DNA of 64,000 nucleotides from Octopus bimaculoides (taxonomy: Eukaryota). Below, one piece after another: positions 51,853 to 64,000 of the stretch (its first letter is position 1; every line of letters begins with the position of its first letter). The translations under genes and the position numbers were made by a program. The notes under the pieces were generated by a model. It saw nothing but the letters and a program-made list of their open reading frames with translations. It was not told the DNA's origin and did no database searches. The DNA lies in NCBI RefSeq assembly GCF_001194135.2, contig NC_068983.1, positions 103,460,604 to 103,524,603 of the forward strand. The letters are read 5' to 3'.

Positions 51853-52283
51853 GAGGGGTAGCTATTGTTGAAGTATGCATATATTGTGCCATGAGTCGAA
51901 GTAGAGGCAAACATTTGCCTCTATTCCTAATTAAATAGCACTAACTAGTTTCTTTGATGTGCAATTTGCAAGCCATGAGAATTAATTGAATCACCAAAAC
52001 TGTTAAATATATGTCTCATGTAATCATTGTCATTTTATACCTGCTTTCTGTGCTGGTATGGGTTGGACAGTTCAATAGGAACTAATGGGTCAGAAGACCA
52101 TAACTGCTTGCTCCAATATCTCAGTTGTAGCATGCTTTCTACAGTTTGAAGCCTTTCTTAATGCCAACCATTTTACAGAATATAACTAGGTGGATTTTTT
52201 AGAGTTTAGAGTTTGTCTTTCCCCCAGCCTAACTAAGAGTCCTCTCAATCCTGCATTCTCTCACCAATCAATTTACCAGAGTG

Positions 52284-52286
<3 letters not shown>

Positions 52287-52370
<84 letters not shown>
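52287..52370. repeat. (TG)n microsatellite
   Basis: Direct inspection. Confidence 0.95.
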
Positions 52371-52374
<4 letters not shown>

Positions 52375-54009
52375 AAGTTGTAATAATGAAGTCAAACCAA
52401 ATATTGATATTTTGAAATCTTTTAATATGTATGTTTAATGTTTTGCATAATATATAATAGGAGATACATTGTGCACTGCTCTTTAACATAACATGAAAAA
52501 TACATACTTATATATAAATTTAAATCACAATATATGGATTCAAATAATCCAGTAGTACTCATATAAAAACGTCCTTAATGTACCATTTCTACAAAACATA
52601 GAATATATTGCACAATACAATTTGTCGTGATATTGGAAATTTCTTGTTAAATAAAATTTTATCAAACTATTTTCTCTGTCATTAATGACTTTATACTTAT
52701 GAATATATATATATATATATATATATACATACATATGCTTGTATCATCAAACCTATATATATGTTTGATGATGTAAGCAGGAAAATAGAACTCAGAACAT
52801 GAGTATATACCTTTTCTATTAATAAGTGGCAGAACTTACAAGGTTGGTCAAAGACTGAGAGTTCCATGCATGGGTACTTGATTAGTGTCAACACACAAAA
52901 CTTTTGACCCTTGAGTCACTCTGCAACTTCTGCTGATTATTAATAAAAAACAACGTATATCTGTATGTATATGCATATATACACATGTACACCTACACGG
53001 ATAAACCCTGTGCAGTATGTGTATATTGTAGCAGGAGTTAAAAGTTTAATATTAATCTCTACTCATCCCTGTCATGAAACAAAAGTATGGTTTTATTTCT
53101 AATTATATTCCTTCAATATACTATCCATCAGTAACTGATAATTCTAAATGCTGTCATTATTTTTCTTAAACAGGATTTCAATTTAACTATATACAGCAAG
53201 CTACAGCCAGCTTATAATGGACATCATTCAGTTTCTCTCAACCAATTCTACTCACAAGGCTTTGGTCAGCCCAAGGCTGTACTAGAAGGTATTTGCCCAA
53301 GGTGCTACAGAGTGCAACTGAACCTAGAACCTGTGGTTGGGAAGCAAAATCCTACCTCACAGCGATGTCTTTTTTTCTTTTTATCATTTAAATAAACTCT
53401 TTAAATTTCTTTTCTTAAATTTTTCACACTTTAAACTGAAGCTACTTTCTGTCAAATAAATGAAGTTAGAAGTCTTCTTCACAATAATAAAAATATAAAA
53501 TACATTATCAAAGTTAAATGCCATTTACTAGCAATTCTTTCAAGGAAAGATAAGATCCTCTAGTGGTTCCCAACCTTTTCATTATCAAAGACCCCTTTTA
53601 TTTGAATGAGATTTTCCATGAACTTTTAATATGCTTATCCTTGTGTGTGTGTGCAGATAGGCGCAGGAGTGGCTGTGTAGTAAGTAGCTTGCTTACCAAC
53701 TACATGGTTCCAGGTTCAGTCCCACTGTGTGGCACCTTGGACAAGTGTCTTCTATTATAGCCTCAGGCCGACCAAAGCCTTATGAGTNNNNNNNNNNNNN
53801 NNNNNNNNNNNNNNNNNNNNNNNNNNNNNNNNNNNNNNNNNNNNNNNNNNNNNNNNNNNNNNNNNNNNNNNNNNNNNNNNNNNNNNNNNNNNNNNNNNNN
53901 NNNNNNNNNNNNNNNNNNNNNNNNNNNNNNNNNNNNNNNNNNNNNNNNNNNNNNNNNNNNNNNNNNNNNNNNNNNNNNNNNNNNNNNNNNNNNNNNNNNN
54001 NNNNNNNNN

Positions 54010-54185
54010 TTTTCTTCCTCCGCCTTCCCTTCTTTTGGACTTTCCTCTATTTCTGAAGAAGAGCTTTGCTCGAAACATTAAATCCTCTTTCTTTCCTTTC
54101 CTGAGCATAGCATCTGAAAATACGTTACTTGTACCACGTCCTCGTGTTGTTGTTTTTTCATGTTTGTTCTTCCTTGTTTGGATTC
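54010..54185 (+). mobile_element. Probable Penelope-like terminal-repeat fragment
   Basis: Pyrimidine-rich segment carrying a minimal hammerhead fold, lying inside a SINE A1 microsatellite; left end lost in gap; no ORF evidence. Confidence 0.5.
54049..54083 (+). ncRNA. Minimal type I hammerhead ribozyme fold (one decay mutation)
   Basis: AUUU-CUGAAGA-A-GAGC/UUU/GCUC-GAAA-C(A)UU-AAAU; restoring CA to CG gives the palindromic GAAACGU-U arrangement. Confidence 0.6.
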
Positions 54186-54501
54186 ACTATATATGTGTGT
54201 GTGTGTGTGTTTGTCCCAACATCGCTTGACAACCGAAACCAATAGAATAAGTACTAGGCTTACAAAGAATAAGTCCTAGGGTCGATTTTCTCAACTAAAA
54301 GTGCTGCTCCAGCATGGCCACAGTCAAATGACTGAAACAAATCAAAGAATATATGAAATTTAGAATTTAGCTCACAGACCTCTATTACTAACTTTGTGGA
54401 CCACCGGAGGTCCTGTGAATCCCAGGTTGAGAACCACTGCTCTAGAGTATACATTCATGAACATATATATAAGATATGTAAAATAAGTTTCAAACCTTTA
54501 A

Positions 54502-54716
54502 CCCTTTAGCATTCAGATTACTCTGTCAAAACTAATACTGATTTACATTATTTTGAATTAACCCTGCATCATCTCATAGCTTTCAGATTTTGATGTGGTA
54601 ACTTGAATTTTTAGAATGATATAATAGGGTTGGTGTGAGAGGCCACATCTAGCCAGTTTGAACATAAAACAAGTAGAATATTTTGGCCAGATATAGCCAG
54701 TTTAAATGCTAAAGGG
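54502..54716 (+). mobile_element. piggyBac-like MITE family 1 (best copy)
   Basis: TTAA-CCCTTTAGCATT ... AATGCTAAAGGG-TTAA; 12-bp perfect TIR, 215 bp. Confidence 0.9.
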
Positions 54717-56940
54717 TTAAGAAAGAAATATAGTGATAAGCATATGTATAGATTTTCAAATTTTCAGTAGCCAATCCAAGCCTTGAACTAGATACAGACG
54801 GGCTCTCACTACTTCATCAATAACACATGGAGTATAAGTGTGAAAGACACACCATTTCACTAAGCTTTATTCATTATGTATTCCACCATACAGCATATTC
54901 TGAAAAGGTTCAATATAAAAATCTATATTGTTACTTCAATTCTGAAATAAAAAAATTAGGTCATTGCTTTAATCCCATTTTTCCTCAGTGTAAACAAGTG
55001 CAGAAAAAAAAAAAAATCAACGATTACGGGTGAATAAGTACATACTACAATAAAAAAGAAAAAAATCCAGAAAGTCAAGAGTGAATGAATACGATTAATA
55101 TTTTAATAAGCCAAAAGCAATTTCATTCAATTATTTTCAAAGGGATTCATCAAACAAAAGTTATCAAATTTCTCTGGTCCTTAGAACAAAATACAGTAAT
55201 AATTTTTTTTCCTGCTACAGTGTTCGAAATCCAGATCCAATGCAATTTAAATAGCCATACTAACCACATATTTTCTATTTATTGAAAACAATAAAATGTG
55301 CTGAGTGATAGTTATATATTTTATCTTTTCTTTTACTTGTTTCAGACTGCGATCATGCTGAGGCACCACCTGGAAGAATTTTTAGGTCGAATGAATTGAC
55401 CCCAATACATTTTTTTTTTAAGCCTGACACTTATTCTATCGGTCCTTTCTAAGCTATGGGGATGTAAACATACCAACATCGGTTATCAAGTGGTGGTAGG
55501 GGACAAACACACACACACACATTATAAATATATATGTATATACAATGATAATCGCTGAATGAAGCAGAAGATGGATTTAGCATTAGTCTCTATTCAGTAC
55601 GATGATCATTTTGACCCCTCCTACAACTGTCCTTCATTGGTGGGATGTTGTGCATCCAATTGTGTTGCATCGATCAGTGCAGTCTGGGTCTCATCAGGTA
55701 TATGCATACATAAAGAGCTGTCCAGCTAAATATGTTGAGTTCTTACAGTCATGCTGATTTGTCATGTGCACGTGCATGCGTGTGTGTGTATGGCGGGCTT
55801 CTTTCAGTCTACCAAATCCACTCAAATTAGAATATAGTCTAATAAATAATGTGCCTTTGCCTTACATTTACAGTTGATTTTAATTAAGTGCCACATATTT
55901 CTCCCATTCCCTTTCTGTTGCACACACATACACACAGAGGGCACACCATGTGCTACCATTGTTAACTAAAACTACCAAAAGCCAAAGGAGGGAGGACCTG
56001 TAAGAAATAGTTGCTAAATATCCCTCAAATCACACCCTACTGTCTTGGGAAAGAAAAGGACATACTGGATAATTTGGCAAGACATGCAGTCAAGAACAAA
56101 ATGACAGCTTCCAAATCCTGTTTTCTGATTAGGTAAAGATCTTCAAATTTTAAACCTCTGTTACTTTTTGTAAAACAAATTCTGAAAAAAGTGAAATCTC
56201 TCCTGAGATTCAGTCAGGAAAATTACATCAATACACCAAATTTTTAAATTTTCACTAAACTTTAAAATTTCCAAGAATGGGATAATTGCGGTTAGAAAGG
56301 TTTTTCATCATGACTGCTCAATTAGAACTGATTCAGGACTGCAAAAAAAAAGACCCCCCCAGCAAAAAAAAACAAGTATGTCTGCATGGTTAAGAGTTTC
56401 ATTTTGTAACCACATGGTTTTGGGTTCAGTCCCACTGCACAGCACCTTGGGCAAGTATCTTTACTATATAGCCCCTGACTGACCAATTCCTTGCAAGTGA
56501 ACTTGGTAAATGGAAATTGGATGGAAACCTATTGTTTGTTTGTGTGTATATTTGTATGTATGTATATCATTATTCAGTTTTATTTCAAGATTTCTTGCCA
56601 ACAGAGAAAGAGCTGGTTTCTAACCTAGATCCAAATTTCCTTCATTGGAATTTCAACAACAATGGGATATTTATGTATGTATATGTGCAGATTTGTATGT
56701 ATGTATGTATGTATGTATTATAGGGGTGGATGGGTAGGTAAGTGCATGTCATTGTGTTTGTCCTCCCACCACTTGACAACTGGCATTGGTTTGTGCACAT
56801 CCCATAACTTAGTAGTTCAGCAAAGGCAACTAATATATTAAGCACCAGGTTTCAAAAAGAAGTACTGAAGTCAGCTTGTTTGACTAACTCCTTGAAGACA
56901 GAGCTCCAGCGTGGCCACAGACCAATGACTAAAACATAGA

Positions 56941-57316
56941 AGTAGCTGTGTGGTAAGTAGCTTGCTTACCAACCACATGGTTCCAGGTTCATTCCCACTG
57001 CGTGGCACCTTGGGCAAGTGTCTTCTGCTATAGCCTCGGGCCGACCAAAGCCTTGTGAGTGGATTTGGTAGACGGAAACTGAAAGAAGCCTGTTGTATAT
57101 GTGTGTGTATATATGTGTGTGTGTGTGTTTGTCCCCCCAACATCGCTTGACAACCGATGGTGGTGTGTTTATGTCCCCGTAACTTAGCGGTTCGGCAAAA
57201 GAAACCGATAGAATAAGTACTAGGCATACAAAGAATAAGTCCTGGGTCGATTTGCTCGACTGAAGGCGGTGCTCCAGCATGGCCACAGTCAAATGACTGA
57301 AACAAGTAAAAGAGTA
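56941..57316 (+). mobile_element. tRNA-derived SINE A1, tandem behind an older copy (56375-56935)
   Basis: Head follows directly on the tail of the preceding degenerate copy. Confidence 0.85.
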
Positions 57317-57888
57317 ACTAAAAATGAAATAAATCTTTGAAATACAAAAATAAAAAAGATGGAAATTGCTTTTGAATGGAGAACCCATTAATGAGAACAG
57401 AATTTAGATGTAGCTAAACATCTTCAGCAAGGTTCTCGTGTTACTACCTTTACAACAAAACACAGAGACCAAAAAAAATCAAACTTGCTAATTTTATCAT
57501 AAAAGTAGATTGTTTCCATCAAAGTGAGTTTTAATCCAGAATGGACTGATGCATACATATGTAAGTAAGCAGTATAAATGATCTAAAATATTTTCTCAAT
57601 TACCAACAGCTGTCGGATGAAATGATCTGTGTGTGTGTGTGTGAGAGAGAGGAGGGGGACAGAGAGAGAGACAATGGAGGGCAGGGAGATATTAGTTTAT
57701 GATCTACAACTTAATCTTTAAAGTTAGTTGAATAGGAGAAGAGTTAAGGAAGTAGCCAAGAATTAAAAGCATGAGATGCTACAATTTGTTGTTTTTGTTG
57801 TTTAGCCCCAGGTCTGATCAAGCAGACCTACAATCAAAGAGTTCCACCCATGAACATTCTGTCTTTTTGCATGCTTACNNNNNNNNNN

Positions 57889-57925
<37 letters not shown>

Positions 57926-58018
57926 GAACTACAACCCCCAATGTGGCCTTCCTTTTTATGACAATATGTGATTTGAGAGATGGTTGTTATTTCTAGCAAG
58001 TCAAAAAACTACATAGTG

Positions 58019-58273
58019 CAAGGGTCTCTAACCACCAGGCTGCAGACCAGTACAGGACCAAAGATAATTTCGTACAGGGCCTCACAGAAAGAATAAATTT
58101 CTTTAATTTCATTTCCATTTTATTGACTATCGCAGTCTGCAGGGTGTTTTTGCATTTTATATGTATTATATATGTAATAATTAAATTATCTATTATGCAC
58201 TTTATTGTGTTTTCTTATGCATATGATCTTGCATGAAGCTAGTCCCTAATGCCAAAAAGGCTGGGAACTGCCG
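58019..58273 (+). mobile_element. hAT MITE (MER1-like termini)
   Basis: CAAGGGTCTCTAACCACCAGGCTGCAGACCAGTAC ... GTCCCTAATGCCAAAAAGGCTGGGAACTGCCG. Confidence 0.6.
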
Positions 58274-59868
58274 GCATATAGAACTCACTCATTGGCTCCT
58301 GATGCTAGCAATAAAAACAAATGGCAGGACAAATTGATAAGGAGTTGGTAATTCATATTTCTTCATTGGCACAGCATTGAAATCAGTTGATGCCCAGCCT
58401 GAACAATCACAGATCAATGTCAACAGGGAAGAAATGAAGTCTAGTGTTTGGTCCAGTTGTTGTTTAAGCCCAGTTCAAATCCAATAGACCTACGTCCAAG
58501 GTTTCAAACATGAATATTCCAACTTTCATTCAGACATACTACTACCAGGATTTCATTATCAAAGCCATTCTTTCTATCGTCTTTAAGATGATAGGGCGAT
58601 GTTTGAAGGAGAATTGGTAATTATTTCTAGCTGGTCAAACAATCACATAGAAACTCCTTCATTGGCTCACCTGACTAAGATTTCATGGTTGGCATACTAC
58701 ACTACATAGAAAAGTGACAGCTCTGTAGAATAGATGAATACTTTGTTGAGAAGATATCTGGAATAAAGCAACATCCTTATCTATGAGATTTATTTCACAC
58801 CTGCTTGAGGCTATGGAAGCCAAAGATTATCAGCAGTTCTAAGGAACCTTTCAGATTTGGAAGAGGATTTTAAACAGAAAAACAGGAAATATTTAGTTTT
58901 TTCACATGGACGTGATGGAAATTGAGAATGAAAACTAAATGAGTAGGTGTTGTGAGTTGGTAGCGAATGGAAACTATTAACGAAAACCATTTGCAAAAAA
59001 TACAAAAAAACCTTAGAATTAGATGTTTTATGTTAATCTACTACAGATTATAAATACAAATATCTGAGTTCAAAACCGAGAGAAAGAGAGAGAGAGGGGA
59101 AGAGAGAGAGAGAGAGAAAGAGAGAGAAGCACCTGAAAACAATCAAAAATTTTATTGACAGAAATGTAATGTAAAGAAAAGCAACAGAAATAAGATATGG
59201 CTCTGTGGTGAAGCACAAGCATGACTATATGACTAAAGTAATTCACTTCATGACTACATGTTTTGGGGTTCAGTCTCACCACACAGCACCTGAAGCAAAT
59301 GTCTTCTATTGCTCTGAACCAAAAAAAAATGCCTCGAGTGAATCTGGTAGATGGAAACTGTGCAGAATCCCACTGTGTGCACATGTACATGTATAAACAC
59401 ACACACACACACACACATAGAGATATCGGAAAAGAATGGATAATAGCAGTTCAATCTGTGGTACATATAATTGTTCTTAATCTTATAATGGAATGATAAA
59501 GTAGCAGTATTATTAATTGATTAATCAGTTAATTTATCAATGTTTCTTCAGAGTAGACTGCTAGCCAATCACATGCTGGAAGTTACTGATAATAACTATG
59601 ACTGACATGGTGTGTGTGTGTTTGTTTGTTTGTTGGTTCTTTACCACTTGACAACCAGTACTAGTTTGTTAACATCTTCCTCATAACTCAGTAGTTTGCC
59701 AAAAAGAGACCAACTGAATAATTATTGGGCTTAGAAATAAGTACTGAGATTGATATGATCAACTATATTTTCAAGGTAGTGCCACAGCATGGCCATAGTC
59801 CAAATATATGAAGAGTAGACCATGAAATTATAACAAATGAGATTAAATGAATCTTTACTAACTGAAGA

Positions 59869-60258
59869 AGTGGAGGCGCAATGGCCCAGTGTTTAGGGCA
59901 GTGGACTCGCGATCATAGGATCGCAATTTCGATTCCCAGATCGGGCGTTGTGAGTGTTTATTGAGCAAAAACACCTAAAGCTCCACGAGGCTCTAGCAGG
60001 GGATGGTGGCGAACCCTGCTGTACTCTTCCACCACAACTTTCTCTCACTCTTACTTCCTGTTTCTGTTGTGCCTGTAATTCAAAGGGCCAGCCTTGTCAC
60101 ACTGTGTCACGCTGAATATCCCCAAGAACTACGTTAAGGGTACACGTGGCTGTGGAGTGCTCAGCCACTTGCACGTTAATTTCACAAGCAGGCTGTTCCA
60201 TTGATCGGATCAACTGGAACACTCGACGTTGTAAGCGACGGAGTGCCAACAACAACGA
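59869..60258 (+). mobile_element. tRNA-derived SINE B with 12-bp TSD
   Basis: TSD ACTAACTGAAGA at 59857-59868 and 60259-60270; tail TGCCAACAACAAC. Confidence 0.95.
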
Positions 60259-60320
60259 ACTAACTGAAGAGGTTGAAAACTAACAAATATGTAAAGATCT
60301 GATGAATATATCAGTGAATG

Positions 60321-60533
60321 AATGAGGGCGGCAAACTGGCTAAAATCATTAGCAAAAAAATACTAAGTGGCATTTCGTCCGTCCTTATCTTCTGAGTTCA
60401 AATTCTGCTACGATTGACTTTACCTTTCATCCTCTCAGGATCGATAAAATGAGTACCAGTTGAGCACTGGGGTCGATGTAATCGACTTAGCCCCTCCCAC
60501 TAAATTGCTGGCCTTGTGCCAAAATTTGAAAAC
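60321..60533 (+). mobile_element. SINE C solo copy with ~16-bp TSD
   Basis: aatatatcagtgaatg (60305-60320) and aatgtatcagtgaacg (60534-60549). Confidence 0.85.
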
Positions 60534-62758
60534 AATGTATCAGTGAACGCAGAAATAATGATGATGGTGGTGATACACTTTAAACGCTGATCACTATCCT
60601 ACTGTAGACACTTTACCAGCAAATACCACCCAGATGCTTTCTCACAACCAATTAAGTTATTGCTACTAATGGTAGAAGGAAATCTATTTTATTATGGCAT
60701 AGGTACAGCCATGGCTGTATAAGTAAGAAGCTGGCTTTGTAACCACATGGTTTTGAGTCCAATACCACAATGTGGTACTTCGGTATACTATTATTTCTCC
60801 AGGCTGAGTAATACCTTGTGAGTGAATGAGGTGACTGGAAACTGTGTGGAAGCTCAGTGTGTGTGTATGGTAATTTTCACTTCTTTACAGAAGAAAGCAA
60901 TCTCTTCAATTAGTAAAAGCCGTCATGACAGCTCATAAGATTAGCTAGTCCAACTAATGCAGATGTTACAAACATTTTCAGGCAGAAAAGTATCTGGAAT
61001 TGAAGTCAAGTCCTGTTTACAAAGTGCTTGTTTCAAGATGGATTGTGCAATTCTTCAGGTTGTGCTCCAGCATGACCATAGTCCAATGACAGAAAACAAG
61101 TAAAAGGTAAACGAAGAGTGCTCAATGACCTCTTTGAAGGCCTTCATGATTGATGGTAGGAAAGGAAATTATTCTCAAGCTTGACACCTCATCCAAATGC
61201 GAGCAACTGACTGGGCAATGCTAAGGGTGACCACAGGTCATGTAGTGGGGGAGATGTTGGTGCTAAACCAAGAGTTTGGAAACATCACATGCACACACAT
61301 TTAACATTTGCATCATACCATATCAACAAACAACAAAGAAAATTATAGTTTTCAACCTGTAAAACAACAACACATCCACACATCTGGAAGGAAGGAACAT
61401 CATCATTTAATGTCATCATCATCATTTAATGTCCGTTGTCCATGCTGGCATGGGTTGGACATTTATATATATAATTCTATCAAATGCCCCCAGTGAGGAT
61501 CAAACTCATGACCCCTAGTTTACAAGACCAGTGCTCTAACCACTCAGTGAGCTATGAAACACACTGTGAATATTATCAAAGGAGATTGGAATGTAAGAAT
61601 GCATAACTGAAGACAAGTAGAAGGCTGAAATTTCTGCAGTAATAAAATACACTAAAAGGAAACAGGATAATGATAATGATAATAACACTGCTAATGATGA
61701 TGAGGATGATGATGAATATAAAGATTATATTCCAATTTGTAAACAAGCCCGTCGTATGTATGTGTGAGGGTGTGTGTGTTTGTATGTCTGTGTATATGTG
61801 TCTGAGTATGTATGTAATATGTTTGTGTGTCTGTGTTCCCCAAACATCGCTCGGCAACTGATGCTGGTGTGTTTACACCCCTGTAACTTAGTGGTTCGGC
61901 AAAAATGACCAATAGAATAAGTATTAGGCTTACAAAGAATAAGTCCTGGGGTCAATTTGCTCAACTAAAGGCGGTGCTCCAGCATGGCTGCAGTCAAATG
62001 ACTGAAACAGGTGAAAGAATAAAAGAAAAAAGAATAACAGCAAATTTCACAATTTACTTTGTTGCAAAAAGTTTTAACCATCTGCAAAATTCTTACTATT
62101 TAGTGTGTGTGTGTGTGTGGGGTATATGTGTATACATGAATATATATGTGTGTGTGTGGGNNNNNNNNNNGGGGTATATGTGTATACATGAATATATATG
62201 TATGTGTGTGTGTGGGTGGGTGGGTGTGTGTGTGTATTCAATATATACCAGAGTTTTGGCTTATAAGAATAAAGACTGGAGTATCAAGTTACAGGTTAGT
62301 CCAGGTTTGAACTCCCTTTAATATAACAAACACTTTCACCTTTTTTCTGTTCATTCAATGTTATACCACATACTCATCCCCAAACCTCTCTCTCTGTGAT
62401 GCAACAATTATAAATCATAAAGTAAAAAAAAAAAACAAATAAACCAAATGTATTAAGTTTAGATTAAGAAAAAGCACATGGAAAAGTCCTTTATATTTTA
62501 TAAGGAAAGAGACAAACATATCTCAATTATATGGTCACCGCATGCTTAAGTATATATCCATAAACTTTGCATTTAATCTGAATATAATCACAACTTATGA
62601 ACAAGATCACCAAGGACCAAGACAGAATAACTCAGTAAGCTAGTCAAGTGACCAATAAAATTATACACATATATGCACATATATATCTATATGTATACAC
62701 ACATATAAAATTATATGTACATACACACGCACACACATATATACATATAATATAAATA

Positions 62759-62796
<38 letters not shown>

Positions 62797-62801
62797 GCAC
62801 A

Positions 62802-63920
62802 TTGTTGTTGGCATCCTTTTGTCTCGGGAATCAAGGGAGTTGCGCATTAAATAATGCAGTCTGGCTTTTACATTTCATGTCATTTACATCTCTTGTTGTG
62901 GCTGTATAGTCTATCCTGGACAAACACTCCCTCTGGCAGATGTAGCGAAGACTTTGCCTGGCTGGTTGTAATGTCATAGTTTCTTGTTGTCATCTTTTCC
63001 TGTCTTTCCATTTCTCCTCTTTCCCCTCTGTCACTCCTTTGTGTTCCCTCTTCTATGGTGCGTCACCAATCACCACAGTTGCTGGCAACCGCTTTCCAGT
63101 TGCTAATATTGATGTCGCAGGCCTTCATGTCCCTTTTGCAGGCATCCTTGTACCGTAAGAACAGTCTTCTAACAGACCTAGTGCCCCTAGCAAACTCTCC
63201 GTAGAGTATGTCCTTGGGAATTCTGCCATCTTCCATACGACTAACATGTCCAAGCCATCTCATACATCTTTGTGTGAGGAGTGCAAACATGCTTGATATT
63301 CCTGCTTGCTTGAGGACATCTTTGTTGGGGACACAATCCTGCCATTTGATGCCAAGGATTTTCTGGAGGCAGTGCCGGTGAAAGATATTTAGGATATGCT
63401 CTTGGCGTGTGTATGGCGTCTAGGTTTCACTGACATATAGTACAGTGCTAAGTACACATGCCTGGTAGACCTTCATTTTTGTGGTCTTGACCAGCTTGTT
63501 GCTGTCCCATGCCCATTTGGAGAGTTGAGCCATCACAGCAGCTGCCCTGCCAAACGGTATGTTGACTTCAGCATCAAGGGATGGGTTGTAGGTGACGGTA
63601 GAGCCAAGATAGGTAAATTTCTCCACCTCCTGTAGTCTGTATGTAGACCAATATCTATGTCGTCCAATATGTATGTTTGGGATGTCCAATGTAGCCTGAC
63701 CCATGATGTTGGTGTTCTTGAGGCTGATAACTAAGCCAAAGTCACTACATGCTTGCTCAAAGCAGTTGATGAGCCTTTGCAGAGTTTCTTCGGAGTGTAA
63801 TATCAGAGCAGCAGCATCAGCGAAGAGCATCTCCTTGATCAGGACACTTCTGATTTTGGTCTTGGCACACAAGACCAAAATCAAAAGTGTCTTGATCAAG
63901 GAAGATGCTCTTCGCTGGTG
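62802..63920 (-). mobile_element. RTE-clade LINE (RTE-1/BovB-like), 5' truncated with fold-back end
   Basis: MLFADAAAL, EKFTYLGS, KVYQACVLSTVLYVSET, MRWLGHVSRMEDGRIPKDILYGE, C-terminal CQRECLSRI.LYSHNKRC; tail GGATGCCAACAACAA; 9-bp TSD ATATGCACA (62793-62801, 63921-63929). Confidence 0.95.
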
Positions 63921-63959
63921 ATATGCACACACACACACATATATATATATATATACAAT

Positions 63960-64000
<41 letters not shown>

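Larger units (their letters stand above)
53561..54439 (+). mobile_element. hAT-Charlie (MER5-like) MITE containing a nested SINE A1 and PLE fragment
   Basis: TAGTGGTTCCCAACC ... GGTTGAGAACCACTG; right flank CTCTAGAG matches the NTCTAGAN target preference. Confidence 0.7.

Noticed and set aside
55640-55710. CUGAUGA-GAC motif on the minus strand (also ~29215) suggesting a third hammerhead
   Set aside because: Two-copy consensus gives GAUC-GAAG rather than GUC-GAAA, and no stem I pairing was found.
56565-56670. Hammerhead-like CCAAUGAAG...GAAAC on the minus strand
   Set aside because: Core differs from CUGANGA at two positions and stems are poor; only a family consensus could rescue it.

Overview
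AT-rich, microsatellite-dense eukaryotic non-coding DNA from a draft assembly with eight N-gaps. The repeat content (tRNA-headed SINEs with internal (TA)n(TG)n tracts, RTE LINEs, mariner/Tigger/hAT fossils) suggests a coleoid cephalopod such as octopus; this is inference, not verified. I recognise no intact protein-coding gene. Almost all track ORFs are microsatellite read-throughs or transposon fossils, and only weak candidate exons can be proposed. The window contains at least five SINE-like families that swap modules, fossil mariner (DD34D), Tigger/pogo and Buster-type hAT transposases, hAT and piggyBac-like (TTAA) MITEs, a probable non-autonomous Helitron, and two RTE-clade LINE fragments. 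The most interesting signals are two Penelope-like fragments carrying minimal hammerhead ribozyme folds (28.9 kb and 54.05 kb), an RTE insertion with a fold-back 5' end inside its TSD, a 133-bp near-perfect palindrome, and two CpG-retaining, possibly regulatory, islands. Family labels (A1, A2, B, C, D) are my own. Boundaries are approximate unless a TSD or TIR is quoted.
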